DNA of 64,000 bases from a virus: positions 25,964 to 89,963 of IMG/VR virus record IMGVR_UViG_3300048580_000526; one strand, 5' to 3'. How positions within the stretch are numbered: the first letter of the stretch is position 1; every line of letters begins with the position of its first letter. A program made the translations under genes and the position numbers. Shown piece after piece: positions 62,217 to 64,000 of this stretch. Under the pieces are notes generated by a model. That model saw nothing but the letters and a program-made list of their open reading frames with translations, was not told the origin of the DNA and did not search any database.

Positions 62217-62414
62217 ATGGATACCCCTTATAACGTCACCGCTGCAGCCAAGTATCTCAACGAAAACGGACGTCACCTTTATCTTGTCCCCAAGAATTTT
62301 CTTGATGAAGATGATGCCAATCCCATCATGCTCAGTACTGATGGACCTGACCATCCCAATTTTAACCTTTTCATTGAAACTGGTTTTGTCTATCTCGGTA
62401 AAGTCACCATTTAA
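62217..62414 (+). CDS. hypothetical early protein
   Basis: AGGAG RBS and ATG 62217. Confidence 0.55.
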   Translation: MDTPYNVTAAAKYLNENGRHLYLVPKNFLDEDDANPIMLSTDGPDHPNFNLFIETGFVYLGKVTI

Positions 62415-62429
62415 ATTAGGAGAACCATT

Positions 62430-62810
62430 ATGGCTAAAGAAGTTTCCAAGCTTGCGTATCAATTTTTCAACAATTCCCTCCCCCCTGAAACCCCTGTTCT
62501 ATTGTTTGGTGGGGTTCTGGCGAAGATGAATGAATTTCTTCTTCCCCTTGGTTTGGACGCTGGTGCATTGTGGGTTACCAATCTTAGTAAGTATGATAAC
62601 CTTGTCAAAGTCGTTGCGATGGGCGAACCACTCAATTCCCATTTCTGTCGATTTTGGATGGATCAGGTTGTTGATGGATTTGGGCATCAGCTTTTTAATA
62701 CTGTGTTCGCAACCCGTTTTCTCAATCGTGACGACCCGAACAAGTCAGATCGAGACGCAGACGCCCTTGCGACAAAAGTTACAAATCAATACTACGATTA
62801 CTTCCGTTAA
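62430..62810 (+). CDS. hypothetical early protein
   Basis: AGGAG RBS; follows the previous gene. Confidence 0.6.
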   Translation: MAKEVSKLAYQFFNNSLPPETPVLLFGGVLAKMNEFLLPLGLDAGALWVTNLSKYDNLVKVVAMGEPLNSHFCRFWMDQVVDGFGHQLFNTVFATRFLNRDDPNKSDRDADALATKVTNQYYDYFR

Positions 62811-62813
62811 AAT

Positions 62814-62842
62814 TTGACAACGACACAATTAACTGTTATTAT
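62814..62842 (+). promoter_or_regulatory. sigma70-type early promoter
   Basis: TTGACA 62814-19, N17, (TG.)TATTAT 62837-42. Confidence 0.6.
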
Positions 62843-62869
62843 CAGGTATAACTCAGAGAGGGATTCCAA

Positions 62870-63097
62870 ATGATAACAGTTAATTTTACTGAAGAAGAAG
62901 CTAAAAACGCTATAAGGTGCATAACAGCCACCACCAAAGAATTGAAGTATCTTATTGAAAACTATAAGAATTTTGGAGAGGAGAACACCAAGAACGCCAA
63001 AGACGCAAGAAGGGAGATGAAATTTTTTCGCAACTTGAAACAGACCTTGGAAGAACAATTAGCCCCTAAAGAGGAAGTAATTCCCCAAGAAGGATAA
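62870..63097 (+). CDS. hypothetical protein
   Basis: ORF directly after the promoter with a purine-rich RBS. Confidence 0.55.
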   Translation: MITVNFTEEEAKNAIRCITATTKELKYLIENYKNFGEENTKNAKDARREMKFFRNLKQTLEEQLAPKEEVIPQEG

Positions 63098-63119
63098 ATA
63101 GACGAAGGGGGAAAATATT

Positions 63120-63488
63120 ATGGACGAAGACGAAAAATTCCAAGAACCCAAGCGGGCGAAACGCAGACGAATATTAGAGAAATTGGTTCAACGCTTTTAC
63201 AAAGAGTCATTAGAGTCCAATAATTATTGGATTTATGACTGTGGGAATCGTTATTCAGCATATGGTGGTTATTCATACACAGACCCTGAAGACAACAAAC
63301 AATTTCTTTTGCGTCAAGCTAAAAAAATGGTCGACCATCCATGTAAACCTTGTAGATATTTTGGTAATCCAAGAAAGAAAAAGGGTTATACTTCTGGTGT
63401 GTATGTTTATACCCTTCAAGAACGAAGAATGCATGAAGATTTTATGCAACAATTAACTGATTTATATATGGAAGAGGATGATGAGTAA
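63120..63488 (+). CDS. hypothetical protein
   Basis: KRAKRR...DHPCKPCRYFGNPRK...TLQERR pattern of small phage proteins. Confidence 0.55.
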   Translation: MDEDEKFQEPKRAKRRRILEKLVQRFYKESLESNNYWIYDCGNRYSAYGGYSYTDPEDNKQFLLRQAKKMVDHPCKPCRYFGNPRKKKGYTSGVYVYTLQERRMHEDFMQQLTDLYMEEDDE

Positions 63489-64000
63489 TAAAAGAATACC
63501 GCTGCACAGTTTAGTTTTGTTGATTGGTTCTCCATGTTCTGGAAAGAGTAAATTCGCCAAAGAACATTTCCAACCTCATGAGATTATTGATGCCGAACAA
63601 TTAAAATATGATTTGTGTGGGACTTATAATCGATATGACATCTATAATGAAATTTTTGAGGAAATCAAGCATCGTATTAGAACAAAATTATCCATTGGTG
63701 AACGGGTGGTGGTTGATTACTTGAATTTGAAAAAATGGGAACGAGTGAAATTAGCCCAAATCGCCAATGATTTTGATGTTCCAGTATTTTATATAATCAT
63801 CAATTGTTCATTGGATGAAAAAATTTCCAGAACCACACCAGAAAACAAATGGCTTATTGAAAAGCAGCATGACATTTATTTAAAGAACGAAGCTGATATT
63901 TTGAAGGGTGATAGTGTAGCTGAAGTAGTCAATCCAAAGACAGACCAAATTACCATCATCAACAAATTGCCAGCGAAAGATTTAGTCCATCATCTTCGGG
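63481..64000 (+). CDS. polynucleotide kinase-like P-loop protein (AAA_33 / Pnkp kinase domain), 3' end runs off the window
   Basis: Manual translation: MSNKRIPLHSLVLLIGSPCSGKSKFAKEHF...VVVDYLNLKKWER. Confidence 0.75.
   Translation, partial: MSNKRIPLHSLVLLIGSPCSGKSKFAKEHFQPHEIIDAEQLKYDLCGTYNRYDIYNEIFEEIKHRIRTKLSIGERVVVDYLNLKKWERVKLAQIANDFDVPVFYIIINCSLDEKISRTTPENKWLIEKQHDIYLKNEADILKGDSVAEVVNPKTDQITIINKLPAKDLVHHLR

Noticed and set aside
62145-62462. - strand 105-aa ORF as the first gene of the rSAM operon
   Set aside because: It is antisense to RBS-bearing early genes and lies upstream of the operon's late box at 62139-46.
1-64000. Alternative genetic code (stop-codon recoding seen in some jumbo phages)
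   Set aside because: Standard code gives dense, uninterrupted ORFs up to 15 kb, and TAA, TGA and TAG all serve as stops.

Overview
AT-rich window from a large T4-related (jumbo) myophage. Gene order and protein signatures resemble the Rak2/GAP32/Atu_ph07-type jumbo phages, which is my recollection rather than a search result. It opens with a partial gp55-like late sigma factor gene (- strand) and a nucleotidyltransferase. The baseplate module follows: two tube-initiator-like paralogs, gp53-like, hub plus tail lysozyme, gp5-like spike, lysozyme-like plus M15 peptidase, gp25-like, gp6-like and a 5022-aa wedge protein. Next come a stand-alone TnpB and five paralogous tail-fibre genes with satellite tip/chaperone genes. 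The accessory region holds a PAS-GGDEF-EAL enzyme, a YafQ/RelE-like protein between two duplicated small genes, early genes and a partial polynucleotide kinase. The best candidate for an undescribed system lies at 53.1-62.1 kb. A late-promoter gene encodes a small HxH protein whose Cys-every-other-residue core (CQCNCA|CNCTCC) is split by a 130-aa mini-intein. It faces a late-promoter operon of three paralogous unknown proteins plus a fused double radical-SAM/SPASM enzyme, suggesting an intein-gated, RiPP-like modification system that may act on a virion component. No tRNA, rRNA or CRISPR array was seen. All calls come from motif recognition by eye; no searches were run.
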